From contig NEEC01000014.1 of NCBI GenBank assembly GCA_002189035.1, positions 2,728,001 to 2,792,000 of the forward strand: 64,000 nucleotides of DNA. The letters run 5' to 3'. Below are positions 9,988-22,842 of this stretch, piece after piece; the stretch's first letter is position 1, and the number at the start of each line of letters is the position of its first letter. Source of the DNA: Utricularia gibba. Taxonomy: Eukaryota > Plantae > Magnoliophyta. The notes under the pieces were generated by a model. That model did no database searches, was not told the origin of the DNA, and saw only the letters and a list, made by a program, of their open reading frames with translations. A program made the position numbers and the translations under genes.

Positions 9988-12243
9988 GGTGTTCTGATTA
10001 CTTACATATTACATTACTCTTTTGAAACATGAGCATTCCGATAGAGAGATAAATTAAATATTAGTTGGGCTATATTCATCACAAAATGGATTATTGTTAA
10101 TATGTATTATGCTGATATGATGCATTTCATATCAAAATGGTGGACATATTTTGTGCTAAATATGGTATTCCACATGATTATTTTCTTATAATATCAAGTA
10201 GTTAGTCTACTCTAGGAATGAGACCTTCCATTGATCATTTGGGAGGGATGCTAATCCTAGTTAAAGTATTTGAAATTAGCATAAAATTTCCTTTGAATCT
10301 ATTTTTGATTAACATACTGACTCATCTAAATCTTTCACTAGGTGTACTTACACCATCTGCCTTACTTATACCATTTACTTTCTTATAATTTTGTACTAAC
10401 AAAGGAATTAAACTTATTGTAGTTCATTTCCTTGACATTGTATACTTGAAGAAAGAACCCCGAATCGGTGATTGATATTTTCAATCTTACAACCATCAAT
10501 CTTTACTCCCTATGGCATTGAGAACATTTTTTTTTAATTGGAATAAGTATAACATCATTGTTATACCACCCTAATATGCCAATTGGACATTTCCATTGTT
10601 ATATCCAAAAGCTAGGGAGATTTACACGGATCATGTGTTTGACTTGCTACCTGATGATGAGTATGATGATATGTTTTCAAGGAAAAAACCATCATTGGAA
10701 ATAAATCAAAGAACTCTCTACCACTCACGTACTTAGGAATGTTTGAGGTAAAATTTATTTTTTCATTCATGCTCCTTACCTATTTTTACATATAAATGAC
10801 ATGCAGATTTATGTCATATTTATGGGGTTCTAAAGTGGAGTAGAGCAGAGGAGCAAGCAAGACATAAATATCCAAGACTAAAAGCACAACAAAGACAAAT
10901 AGATGAAAATGGTGAAATGATGAGATGAAGGAAGAGCTGGTGGCTTGTGAGCAGCACAAGATAGAAAGACTACAAAAAAAGATAAATGAAAATGAAAGTG
11001 GTGTTGAGAAAACAAGTGCAAGAGTTGAATGTGGAGATCATGGTCCAAAGATTATACATAAGGACTAGTAATACAAGAAACAAAAAATTGCAAAAGCATC
11101 TAGATAATGAGGATGTTTTACATTATTTATAAACAACTTAATGAAATTATTAGTAGTAAACTTATTAAATAAGTGTTTTTTAATTTATAAGTCATGATTT
11201 ATAACTTACATATAAGTAGTTTTTTAAAAATAAGTAAATAGTTACTTAATTGTAACTTAAATGAATAAAATCTTGTGAATATATTTAAATGTTTTTATGT
11301 TAAAATATAAAATGGCAGACTTTGTGCTTCTTTGGGATACTTCTCCAACAACAATTCTGTGAAAGTTTGCAGTACGTTTCCGATTTAGACTTTCTTGAGA
11401 CGTTATGCAGTTAATATTTGAATACAAGAAATCAGTGTTTAATCAAATATGAAACTTACTTGAAATACATATTTATTTAAATACGTATTTAGAATCATTG
11501 GTGATTTAAAGATGATTTTAGGGTTTCAGTTTTGTATTAGAACATAATATCTATTTCATTTATTTTCATTGCTAAATGTTTGTGGGAAATGTTAAATTAA
11601 AACAAACATAATTAATGATTTGCAAAAACTTGATAAATAGAATAGTCAGAAGTTTGCTATAAGTTTCGCTATAACTTTATTTTCATTTATTTTTATATAT
11701 GCAATTTCGTTACGTTTTTTTTTTTTTTGAAAGTGCATTTGAAAAAGTATTAGATACTTATAATTGAATGATATAATAATCATTTTTTAAAACATAAAAC
11801 AAAGGGATAAACAAGTACCATCTTCACTTACCTCTAGTATTGATTGGGATGAAAATACAACTCATATTTTTGGAAGCTTGTGCACATCAAGTTTTTGAAA
11901 AACGCAACATGCTTGGAACATGATGTTGGATCATCGTTATGTGGTGAAATGGTTGAAGAATAAATTCAATATAATAAAAAAAGATTGGTCTATATGAATT
12001 AGGCTTCAAAAGACAATTGATAGTGGTTGAGATGACGACTTATAAATCATTATTGGGGCAGATGAATGATGATCAAGAATAATTAAAGTGATTGTGTTTT
12101 GTTTGCACTTACGCATAAATGATAAATATATTATAACTAATTTATTTTTTTATTTACTATGAAATGCTAGGATGCAAAAAATTCAAGACGAATCCACCTA
12201 TTCATTATAACTTGCAAAGTGTTTTCTTCATACTAGTGACTGT

Positions 12244-15200
12244 TGTTGATGCAAGAAAGATAGAGTTTTGAAAAGGAACAAAGAAATAATGCTTATGAGC
12301 TTACATTGGATGAAATACGATTCTTCAACAATAGGAATGAACGAAAACCTAACCCTCACGAGTTCCTGATAGGGTATATATATATTCAATATCTAGGTTA
12401 CCCAACAATGGGCCACAATCAATAAAAACACACATAAAAGCCCAATAACTGAACCCAACATTTTTAACTGAAACATGACTTCATGATACAAGATTAATGC
12501 TTCCAATCACCTTCAACTTTGGATTGAGGCTGATCTCCAACACTTCCCCCAAACCGAGATCTCCCAACTTGAGAAATTCTTCTATAGTCAATAGACTCAT
12601 GTTCTTCGTTGCTAGCTGATAAACGGAAAATTCCTATTATCGTTGCAATAAAAATAGAATTCCGTATCAAATAAATTTGTAATCCCTAATCCTTACAAAA
12701 TACAAATTAAGCACAAAATGTAAAATGGAATTTGAGGTCGATGACAATGAACTTGTACTTATTAAGTGTCTTAGTAGATGCAGAATTCAGGATAACAATA
12801 GTTCTTAGTCTAAGCTCAAGTTAACAGTAGTAAGCAAGTTCAAGTCTCAACGCTGAAGGTAACAAATACTGGTTCTAACTCAGAGTAATACTATGATACT
12901 TTAAGAGTCTGTCATTGATGTGGTGGTAAGGTGCTTAATTTAATTTACCATATTTCTATACTCACAACCATAAACTACCTAAGGCTACCCAGGTCATTTA
13001 TCATATTTTCGGCTAACCTACTCCTCAATATCATCACCAACATTGCAATTAAATCTATCCACATGCAAAGTGCATAGAACTAGGTCCACCTGGTTCTACC
13101 CTGTACTAATACCCACTGCTCCTGCCTTAATTTGTTGGTGTACCTCTAAATCAATCATCTGAGTTACAAAACTATTTGTTTCCTTCCATAGGTCTACCCA
13201 TGGAATGATAGAAACAAGAACTAAGAAACAAATATATATTACATCATTAACCCTAGACCCACATCACCATACTTCACCTTAAGGCATCCCTAAGGTTCTA
13301 GCTACTCATGTATTGATAACATTAAGATAAAGTAGTGAAAATGTCAAAGACATTGTGAGAGATTTGGTTGCAGAAACTAAAAACGTCAACAAACGAAAGT
13401 AAGGCAGTAATAGTTTTGATTTTCGTCTGCTACTATTCACCGGCCGGAACAGTATCGCTGAGACGAGTCTTGATCTTCGTTCTTCACATTGGAGCTTCTT
13501 CTCTAGAAAATCGCCCTTCTTCTCCCCTCTTGTTCAGTCTTTGTGTTAGAGGAGAAGCCCCCTCGTGTGTTGCTCTGCTCGAGCCCTCTCCTCATGATTC
13601 TCTCTCCTCTCGATTTTCTCTCCTCTCTCAATTCCCAAAGCAAGTACAATCTCTGACATTTTGCTGCTCATATCCCTGAATTGCAGACTATCGCCACGAT
13701 AGTGTACTCATTGCTCCTTTTGCTCCCTCTACCGCATGATGACTTGCACGAAATCGTTGTGTCTTTCTATGATTTTGGGACTTGTTGCTGGACTCACAAT
13801 TTGGGTTAGAACATGGGGTGGGCTAAATCAAAGGATTTAGCCCACTAACATACAAAAATCATATATTTCCTAAGTTATGTAAAAAATACTTAAAACTATA
13901 AAATAGCAACGAAAGCATAATCAAAAAGCTATGATTATCATATCCTAAAAGACACTAGACTTGTCCCCAAATCCTACCTAAGACTAACAGAAAGCTACTC
14001 TGAAATAATAGAAGGTTTGAGTGAATGATTGAGCAATGATTTTCGTATGCATGAACTAAAGAAGTGCTTGTGTGCATGTCATGTGATCACTCACACACAC
14101 ATGAAGAGATTTCTCTTGAGGAGTGTTTTTGAAGATTACTCCGTGAGTGAGTTCTTTCAAAACCATTTGGGGGTGGGGTGATTGCCAACCGGTTTCAACA
14201 TCCTCTTTTTCGCTATCTCTCTTCTTGCAACCTTTTCCTTGAATGAGTATTGACCAAGAACTATCATCTTATTTCTCCAAGCCTTTTCCTACTCCTCTAG
14301 ATTGATCCATCCTTGTTAGCCTTTTCACCTATCTTCAAGTCTGCACATACTATTTAGTTATGTGCTGCCTTTTACACAAAAATACAAGTTAGGTCTTGTA
14401 TGTTGGAGATAGATGAGGCTTCTAATCATACTTCTATAAGTAGTAGTATCCACATTCCTTCCCTGTTTGTTTTCTTCAATCACCTATTTGTAATCCAGGG
14501 GAGTTTTTGAAGGATTTATATCTTTGAACCCAAACTTTTCAAGAAGTACTTCTTATGAGACATGAATGTTCAAACATCTGCTAGTTGATGAATTTCCATG
14601 CCTAGATAGTAGGACATCACTCCAAGATTAATCATCTTGAATTCATTTTTTAGTAGAGCTTTGAATTCTCCAATTTTCTTTTGATCCATGAGGTTATCAT
14701 AAGATCATCGACATATAGGCTAACGAATAAACGATCATCTCCCTTTCCTTGAATATATAGTGAGTAATCACTATATGTTTTCATGAAACTAATATCCTTA
14801 AGAAAGTTATCCATTCGTTCATTCCATGCTCTAGGGGTTTGCTTTAACCCATAGAGAGATTTTCTTAGCTTTAATATTTTGTCTTCATGACCTGACACTT
14901 CAAAGCCCTTTGGTTCAATAAAAACAACCCCTCCAACACACCATTCAAAAACGCAGTCTTCATATCTATATGATGCATTTTCCATCCATGAGCAGCTGAA
15001 ATGGCAAGAAGTACTTTAATTGTGACAAATTTTGCTATTAGTGCAAAAATCTCATAGAAATTTATTTCTTGGATCTGACTATATCCCTTGGTACTAATCT
15101 AGCCTTATATTTATTCACAAAGCCATCTGCATTCATCTTGGTTTTGAATAACCACTTGAGTCCAATAGGTTTGAAACCCCTATCTTTAGGTTTGTCAACT

Positions 15201-17952
15201 AACTCCCAAGTTTCATTTGTAAGTATAGAATTCATTTCTTCCTCTATGACAGCTCTCCATTTCAGATTTTGTACAGTTACTTCAAATGATGTTGGATTTC
15301 CTGTCAATAGCCCAGCTAAAATATCAGCTACACAGTCTTGAACATCATCATTCAACTTGGGGAAACTTGTTGTAGGATTCTTGTTTCTTTTGGTTCGTCT
15401 TATTTCAATAACATGATTGTCTTCATTATCTATTGACTGTCTGATGTTTTTGCATTTCCTTCCTTGCCCATCACGATCTGATGGGTAATAATCCTCATCA
15501 TCAATATTAGGTTCCTCTCCATTAGATTCATCTATTGATAAGTCATCTGCATTTATACCTTACTTCTCTTTTGGGAGTGCGAGATTCCCATCTAAATATT
15601 GATCATTGGCCTGATATGATTGTTCATATAAGGGTTTTGAGATTGATTCTAAATTCTCATTTGATGAGTCGTCTTCATTTGTGACCTTCTTCTCTTTTGG
15701 AGGTGGGAGACTCTCGTTTGAATACTGATCACTTGATTTGAATCTTCATATGAGAGATCTGAGGTTGATTTTGAGTTCTCATTCACTTGTATGTGTTTAA
15801 TTCCATCTTCAGTTTCTTGGTTTGTGGAATTACTGGAAGAGCTTTTTACATGCATATGTGTCCAAAGGTCACCTTTCACATGAGTGTCATGCCCTCCATG
15901 ATTTTTATAAGGTTCTGGATCATTCAAAGAAAAACAATCTGAATTAAAGTATATTTTGCACCTTCATCAAAAGAAACATCATGACTAAAGATAAATTTCT
16001 TCTGGTCAGGTATATAAACTTTCTATCCCTTGGTAGTATTGCTATAACCAAAAAATACACTAGATACAGATTTCTTGTTAAGTTTTCCTTGTTTTTGGTC
16101 TGGTACATGAATAAAACACAAACAAACTACCAAAGATTCTAAGATGATCAATTTTTCTAAAATAACCATGAGTAAAATTCCTTCTTTTGAGTGAATAATA
16201 AACATCATCAACTTGAACAATTCCTTCTTTTAGCATGAGTAAAATGCTTCCTTTGCCCACAATACCAATATTTTCACTAATACACGTGCTTACTTCCTTC
16301 CCAATCTTCTCAAGTTGGAGAAATAACTTTGTATCACAACATACATGATAGGAGGCGCCAGAATCCAAGTATCAACCTTTAGGGTCTGAGAATACTGTCG
16401 TTAGAGCACACTCATAATCACATGGATCTTCAAAAGATATTTCTAGCTCGTCTTGAAAGTAGGTAAAAGATGCATGTGATTTTTCATCCTTGGAAGTAGT
16501 CTTCTTTGTTATGATCAGCCTTGATTGGATTAGACATTCCACATACCTTGTCAAGATGGTCTCTTTGACTGCATTTCGTGCAAAAAGCATCAAGCTTCCA
16601 CTAGCTTAACTCACTCATGTGAATCTGTTTGGTGCAATGCTTGCAAGCATTTATGGTTAAAGTCCAACAATCTTCACTCTTGTGGTTGGATTTATCACAA
16701 TGCCTGCACTTATGATTACCCATGGTTGAAGTTGGGATTGATGTTGGTGATTGTTTGATGACTGTTGCCTTGACATCCTCGATATTGTTAGGTGCACCTA
16801 ATTTTATATTCATATTTTGTATTTTGGTGAGGAGAACAGCTTAACCATAAGCTTTGTCAATCTCATAACCATCTCTTAGTTCCAATCCCTTTTTTGTAGA
16901 CTGCAACTCAATCATGAGCTCTCTAAATGTTGGCTTTGGTGTAATTGGATACTCAGAATACAACTTCTGGAGCTTTCCTTCAATAATGTTAAGGATTTTT
17001 CTTTCTGTCTCAAGTGCACATAAACTTTGGCTTGAATCTTGCAGGTAGGCTCATGATTGCCTTGCTAATCACCTTTTTATCCTCAAGTTTTTTCCCCAAT
17101 CCTCGAATCTACTTCACAAGCTTCGTAATACATTAATAATAGACTTATATGATTTGATTATCCAATATTTTGTTCCTCTCAAAGTCCTCCAGCTTGTTTT
17201 TGCATATTATTTCTATGAGTTTGACATCACCATCATAATAGGATTTGAGAGTATCTCATATTTCTTTCGCTAATTGAAACTTTGCAATATCATCAAACAG
17301 ATGTTCAGTTATATAAGACATCCATTGCTTCATCTTTTCTCTGTTGGAGATACTCAACTTCCTCTTAATGTTCTAATGTAGATTTACCTATCACTACAAT
17401 AGCTGATATCTCCCTTTCAACAATGTCCCAGACCTTTCTAACTCAAAGGTAGCTACGCATCTTTTTGACCAAACTTCCATACTCAGAACCATCAAATATT
17501 AGAGGTTCCCCTACCAGATGCCATCATAATTAAGCTACTGCTTGACAAGCTTCAGGTTGACACTTGGTAAACCACGAAGTGAAAAAGATTGAACGGTAAA
17601 TGAAATACTTAAATGAACACAAGTTTGAGAACTTTACTACTTTGATACCATGTTGATGCAAGAAAGATAGAGTTTTGGAAAGTAATAAATGGATAATGGT
17701 TATGAGCTCACATTGGATGAAATACGACTCTTCAACAATAGGAATTACAAGAAACCTAACCCTCACGAGTTCTCGGTAGGGTATATATATACACAATGTC
17801 TAGTTTACCCAACAGTGGTCCACAATCAATAAAAACACACATAAAAATCCCAATAATCAAACCCAACACTTTTTAACTGAAACATGACTTCATGACACAA
17901 GATTAATGCTTCCAATCATTTTCAAGCTTTGGATTGAGGCAGATCTCCAACA
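12244..17952 (-). mobile_element. Decayed Ty1/copia element with both LTRs (5' LTR 17651-17952, 3' LTR 12244-12542)
   Basis: LTR pair about 10% diverged by hand count; TSD ACTGT/ACTGC. iMet PBS (TGGTATCAAAG on the minus strand, ending at 17650) and PPT (CTTCCCCC at 12543). Remnants of gag, zinc knuckles (about 16650), protease DSGASYH (16368) and RT (14520-15355). Confidence 0.92.
12617..14500 (-). mobile_element. Athila-like fragment nested in the Copia: LTR 12617-13940 plus adjoining 3' internal sequence (right end approximate)
   Basis: The LTR end TGATAAACGGAAAATTCC is shared with copies at 25047, 33182 and 60591. The other end is TTATCA at 13940. No TSD was found. Confidence 0.65.
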
Positions 17953-18264
17953 ACTGCAACATCTGACTCGACATGAAATACTGCAGATGGCAAGGTCCCT
18001 TCACGAGCATCTTATCGTACGTCGATCTCAGTTGATAGCTCTACTCATGATGGTAATGCATCAGTTGACCTAGACATCACAAATATTGAAAATGATGACT
18101 TTTTCAACAATATTGTTATTGGAAGAAATGAAAACTATCATTTTATAATAGTCCATAACAGGTATATTACTATCTAAATTATTGATGTATAATATAAATT
18201 TACTTCTAATCTGTTAAGGTTCAGGAAAGTGTGGAAGTTGATGCAAGCAATGCTAATGTGGGAT

Positions 18265-19140
18265 TGATAACACATATTTTTAAATGTTTAAAAATAGGAA
18301 AATAATTAATATTTTGCTATAAAACTTGGATTTTATTGTGTAATTTTGCGTTTATGATTAGTAGCATTGTTTCCATCTTTTATTTCTAATTGAGACTAAA
18401 TCTAGATTTAGTCACAATCTTAGTTCTAATCATTCTCTTAAGCAATGCATCATGTTTTAGTAGCCCAAATCCTAAGGAGCTGAAAGTGTACATTGGAGAT
18501 GACAGATAAATGGGGACAAGCTGAAAATTGAAGATACCAAATCCCAAGGTGGCAGAAAAAAAAGATTTTGGGAATAATGAGAAAGAGGAAATATCCCAAC
18601 CACCTTGAACGACATGAACAGAATTCTAGGGAGGGGGAGAAGTAGAAAGTTGCAACAAAACCATAGAGGATGAAGAAGATGAAATCATGATCCAAGCCAT
18701 CTTTTGAAGCTTTCTTCTGCTTATGAAGGATACTATTCTCAGTTAGGAGTAGTTTAACTTTTCCACGAGAACTATTTACGGTTTTTTGTTTCTGTTATGT
18801 GTTTTATGATGTTATTGAACTTTAGAACCAAGATGATTTTTGTCATGAAAGTGTTTTCGTTTCTGTTGTTATGAGTGGTTACGCACTTGGGGGTGCCTTG
18901 GGACAAAGGGGGATAAGCAAGCATATTGTTGACTAAATCACACTATCACTTAATCACTTTATTTCCTTAACAAAATAGAATAGATCCAGCATGGAGAGAT
19001 AGTGGTTTCCAAAGGTACGAGAGTATCCTAGTGTCTTTGGAGGTGCTACATTGACTTTTGGCAAGATTATTTATCATGAAACTTTTATGAATATGAGGAG
19101 TAATGAAGAGAGGTTGTCATTTATCAAAGCATATAAGAGT
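18265..19140 (+). mobile_element. Truncated Athila-like LTR fragment (right end approximate)
   Basis: It starts TGATAACACATATTTT, matching the reverse complement of the family-A LTR end at 26209, followed by LTR-like sequence. Confidence 0.5.
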
Positions 19141-19479
19141 GTTAATCTAAAGTAATTTTCCTTTAATATTAGTATGTGAATTTTAAAGGTAGTAAAAACA
19201 CTACTTTATTTAAAGTTACACTATTTCATGTGTATGAATGACAGAATTTGTTTTTTGTAACAACTGTATGTGTTTTTCTATATCCATTCCATGTGTTTTA
19301 ATAGTTATATTTGATTTTTTACGACAATTGCATGTGCTTTTCTACAACTATTCCTTGTGATTTCTTACAAAAATTCCATATTTTTCATCTATAAAATTAG
19401 CTACATGCATCATTCTCAAGCACTATGCATCTGTGTCTTCATCTATAAAATTAGAAAGGAAGATAAATAATCCTTTTTT

Positions 19480-20630
19480 GGTTGATACCGTGAAGGTGCA
19501 CATAATATTTTGACAATATGCAACTTCAATATACTTTTGATCTTTGCAGCTTTAGGATATGAAAGATATATGCATGATAGTTCAAAATTATCGCAGGTTA
19601 AGTATTCACTCGATAATAATTTTCTATTGTCACCACTGAGTAAGTATTACCTTAATGATTTTGGCTATATGAATACTATTTTTTTTAATACCATATAGAG
19701 GTCAAATGTGTCGTTTGAAAGTGTTTCATGCTAATCCACATATTACAAATCCTACAGAGATGTATAACTATTGACACTCTTCACTACTATTGAGGGTGAA
19801 AATCGGTATCCGAGGGAGGGGGTGGGCAATTTTTGGGTTGTGGGTATGGCTGGATGCGGCGCACCCAGTTGCAGTTTTGGTATTTTGCTTGGTTCGGTTA
19901 GTAGAAATGGAGATAGACGGAGGTTTTTTACGTGGAAACTGTTGGAGAACGAAAAAACCATGAAGCTGTCGGAGCTCGCTAGAAAATATCTTTTTATTAG
20001 ATGGAGCTGGGGAGAAAATACAAGTTGGAGGGCTTGGAGTCGAACCCCTTCTTCTTCTTCTTCAGAATTTCTTATATTTATGGGAGAGACTGATCCGACC
20101 GAATCCTGAATTCTAGATATGTCGGCTACTTTCTGTGCATGCAATATGTACTGTGGTTCCGCTTTTCAGATAACCGCCGCCTGCTCAGTCGTGATTCAGC
20201 CACTTTTCAGTCTATGTAAAACGGCCGCTGCTGTCAAATATGTGGTGGATATCGGTCTGTCAGCCGACGCCAGGCTGTCAGAGCATCTTTTGGCTTCTTT
20301 TCAGTAACTGATTAGCCACATCCTATTTGTATCCCATCAACTACGTTTTGTAAAGAGCAATGTTTTGGTTATGGAAGACAAAATTTGACATGGTTAACAC
20401 ACTTCATTAGAGGATTTTCATGATGAGATCAATTTTATCAAGAGAGTTGATACAAATGATCCAAATTTCTTACGTTTTGAAGCTGATAATTGAACTTTAC
20501 CATATAATCCTCAAACAGCTTCACCAACGGCAGAAGCTTTTGCATCCTCAACTCAAGATGAATATAAGAATGCCATACATGATACAATATGTGTACCAAT
20601 TAGTAGCATAATTAAAGATGTCTTCTAGTA
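19480..20630 (+). mobile_element. PIF/Harbinger transposase remnant (pseudogene) interrupted by a solo LTR
   Basis: NILTICNFN...GYERYMHDSS...PLSKYYLNDFGY, then YNY*HSSL|RFV..EQCFG across the LTR insertion. These resemble the DDE_Tnp_4 motifs NVLAxCDF, GWEGSAHD, GKYYLVDxGY and RHSSLRxxIERxFG. Confidence 0.75.
19788..20339 (-). mobile_element. Solo LTR, Tat-like family, 552 bp
   Basis: Perfect TSD ACTAC. Similar to the reverse complement of the LTR at 22843-23390. Confidence 0.85.
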
Positions 20631-22842
20631 TCAAGTTTAGTTTATATTTTATTTTTTTTAGAGTTTATGTAAGTCATTCAATCATTTGTTATATATGTTA
20701 TTACGATTGAATAAAATCGTGTTGATATGAATTTCTTATATATGCAATTCATATAACTATACAAATATTAATAAATACATTAAAATATGTAAAAAAATAT
20801 TTAGTAATTTGTTATGTATATACATAACTTTAAAACATTGAATTTTAATTATATAAGAATAATAAATACAAGTTATACAATTAAGAGTATTTATATGAAT
20901 ATAAGAGTGTTTTGGACTTTTACATTAAAATTTTTAAAATTGTATCAAACACTCCTACTTATTTGTTTACTTAGATAACCTTTAGTTGATACTACTTATA
21001 AGTTAATTTATTATAATTAATGCAAAACACTTCTAATATTAAACACCGTTTGAAAGAAAAGAAAAGACAAATCTTCATGTACAATAGTAAACTTCAAATA
21101 TTGAATATGGCTCCTGAACATATTCCGAACTCAATGTAGTTATTTTATAATGAGGAAAAGTTATCTATTTCAAGAAATCAAGGAAGAAGATCAATAACCC
21201 AAGAGTTCATCTTAAAATATTTCCATCCACTAAAATAATAACTGTATCATTAGAAGCTTTATTCGAAAGATAAAATGTTCGAAACAACTATTCGAAAAAG
21301 AAAATCAAATACAGATTATAAGAACATATCAAGAAGCACTAAATTAACAACTCTTTCATACGCCTATGTAGAAATGGGGGATAACCCAGTAAGGTAGGGC
21401 TCTGATTTTTCATCAGAATGTCTTTCTTTTCAAGATAGAAATTGTATCACTCTTTCAAATTACAAACTTTTAACAAGAATGTTCGTTGTGTCATTTAGTG
21501 CTAATAAACAACGCCATACTTTTATGAACACCACTTAATGATAATAAACAGCTCCCAGACATTCTTTGGGTGTTGCTTATTAATAACAAAACGTTCAACA
21601 TGATTTTTTAGTAATGTTTTAAAAAAATTCATTTGATTTATTTTTTAAAATTACAAATTTTCCTCATTTTAGAATAATAACCAATGTTTAGATAATTAGC
21701 AGCATGCAAATTATATTTTTTTTAATATTGTCATCAAGCATTTCACCAGTAATATGCAAAAGAACTTATTTTGAATAAGTATTGTATCTTTCGAACAAAG
21801 CATATTATATATAATTTGATTGCACAATTATTTACAATATATGAATTACAACACTTATCTTTTAAAAATGCGATCTAATGTAAAAATAAAATTCAATGAA
21901 TATGCAATATATAATCTAATCAAATCCATAATCTTAGTTTAAAGATAACGGTTTGAATTGCATGATTTGACACTGCTATCATATAACTAAGGTGTAGGAT
22001 TTGTCACATTAAAAATATTTTGAGTGTCTTCACGTTAATTATTTCTTTTTCCATCTCCTTTCATCTTATTCAAAAATGGGTTGCAATCCTTGCAAGCGAG
22101 CAAATAGATTCAAGTATGAACAATGCTGAAATTTTTTATGAAAGTAATATTATTGAATATCCTAATAGTTACAAAATTTATAATATATGACCGCATCCAA
22201 AGTTTTCAGGGTATCATGACATTGAATTCCTTATAAGAAAAATTATGTTCAATGTGTTATGTTAAATTAATATAATCTAAAATTCGAAAAAAAAATTAAT
22301 TTTATAGCTTTTCTTCTGGTTTTACACAAATTTTAGATATTATTTGACATTGAAACTTGTTATATACCTTTATTCCAAATGCACATATGCAATTTGATAT
22401 AAGGGTATTTTTATTACACATAATCAAGATTCTAGTTGAATTTGATGATATTTGTTATATTGATTTATTTGTATTTTTTGATGGAAAATCACTTCATTGT
22501 TAATAGTTGTTTTAGGCAAAGAAAACTCATGACTTTTCAGAGTATATTATTCATGATTAATTAAATACCAATGAGATATTTATATGATTCATCTAGAACC
22601 ATGTACATTATCATATGAAGAAGAAGTGAGATGCATATTTACATATAAATTACGTAAATTTGAGCTATATCTATCAGTATCATATAAGTATAAAATATTA
22701 ACAACGAATTAAGTTAAAGTAATGATTTGAACATTTAATCGCAGCAACACGTCTACATTTGTGCTCATTGGTATGAGATTGAGACTACAAAAATAAAAGG
22801 AAATAAATGTTATCTGATTATTTACGGAAATAAGATATGTTT

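Noticed and set aside
10200-11100. Possible CACTA or MuDR/GRF-zinc-finger remnants
   Set aside because: The region looks like decayed coding sequence, but I found no diagnostic motif or termini.
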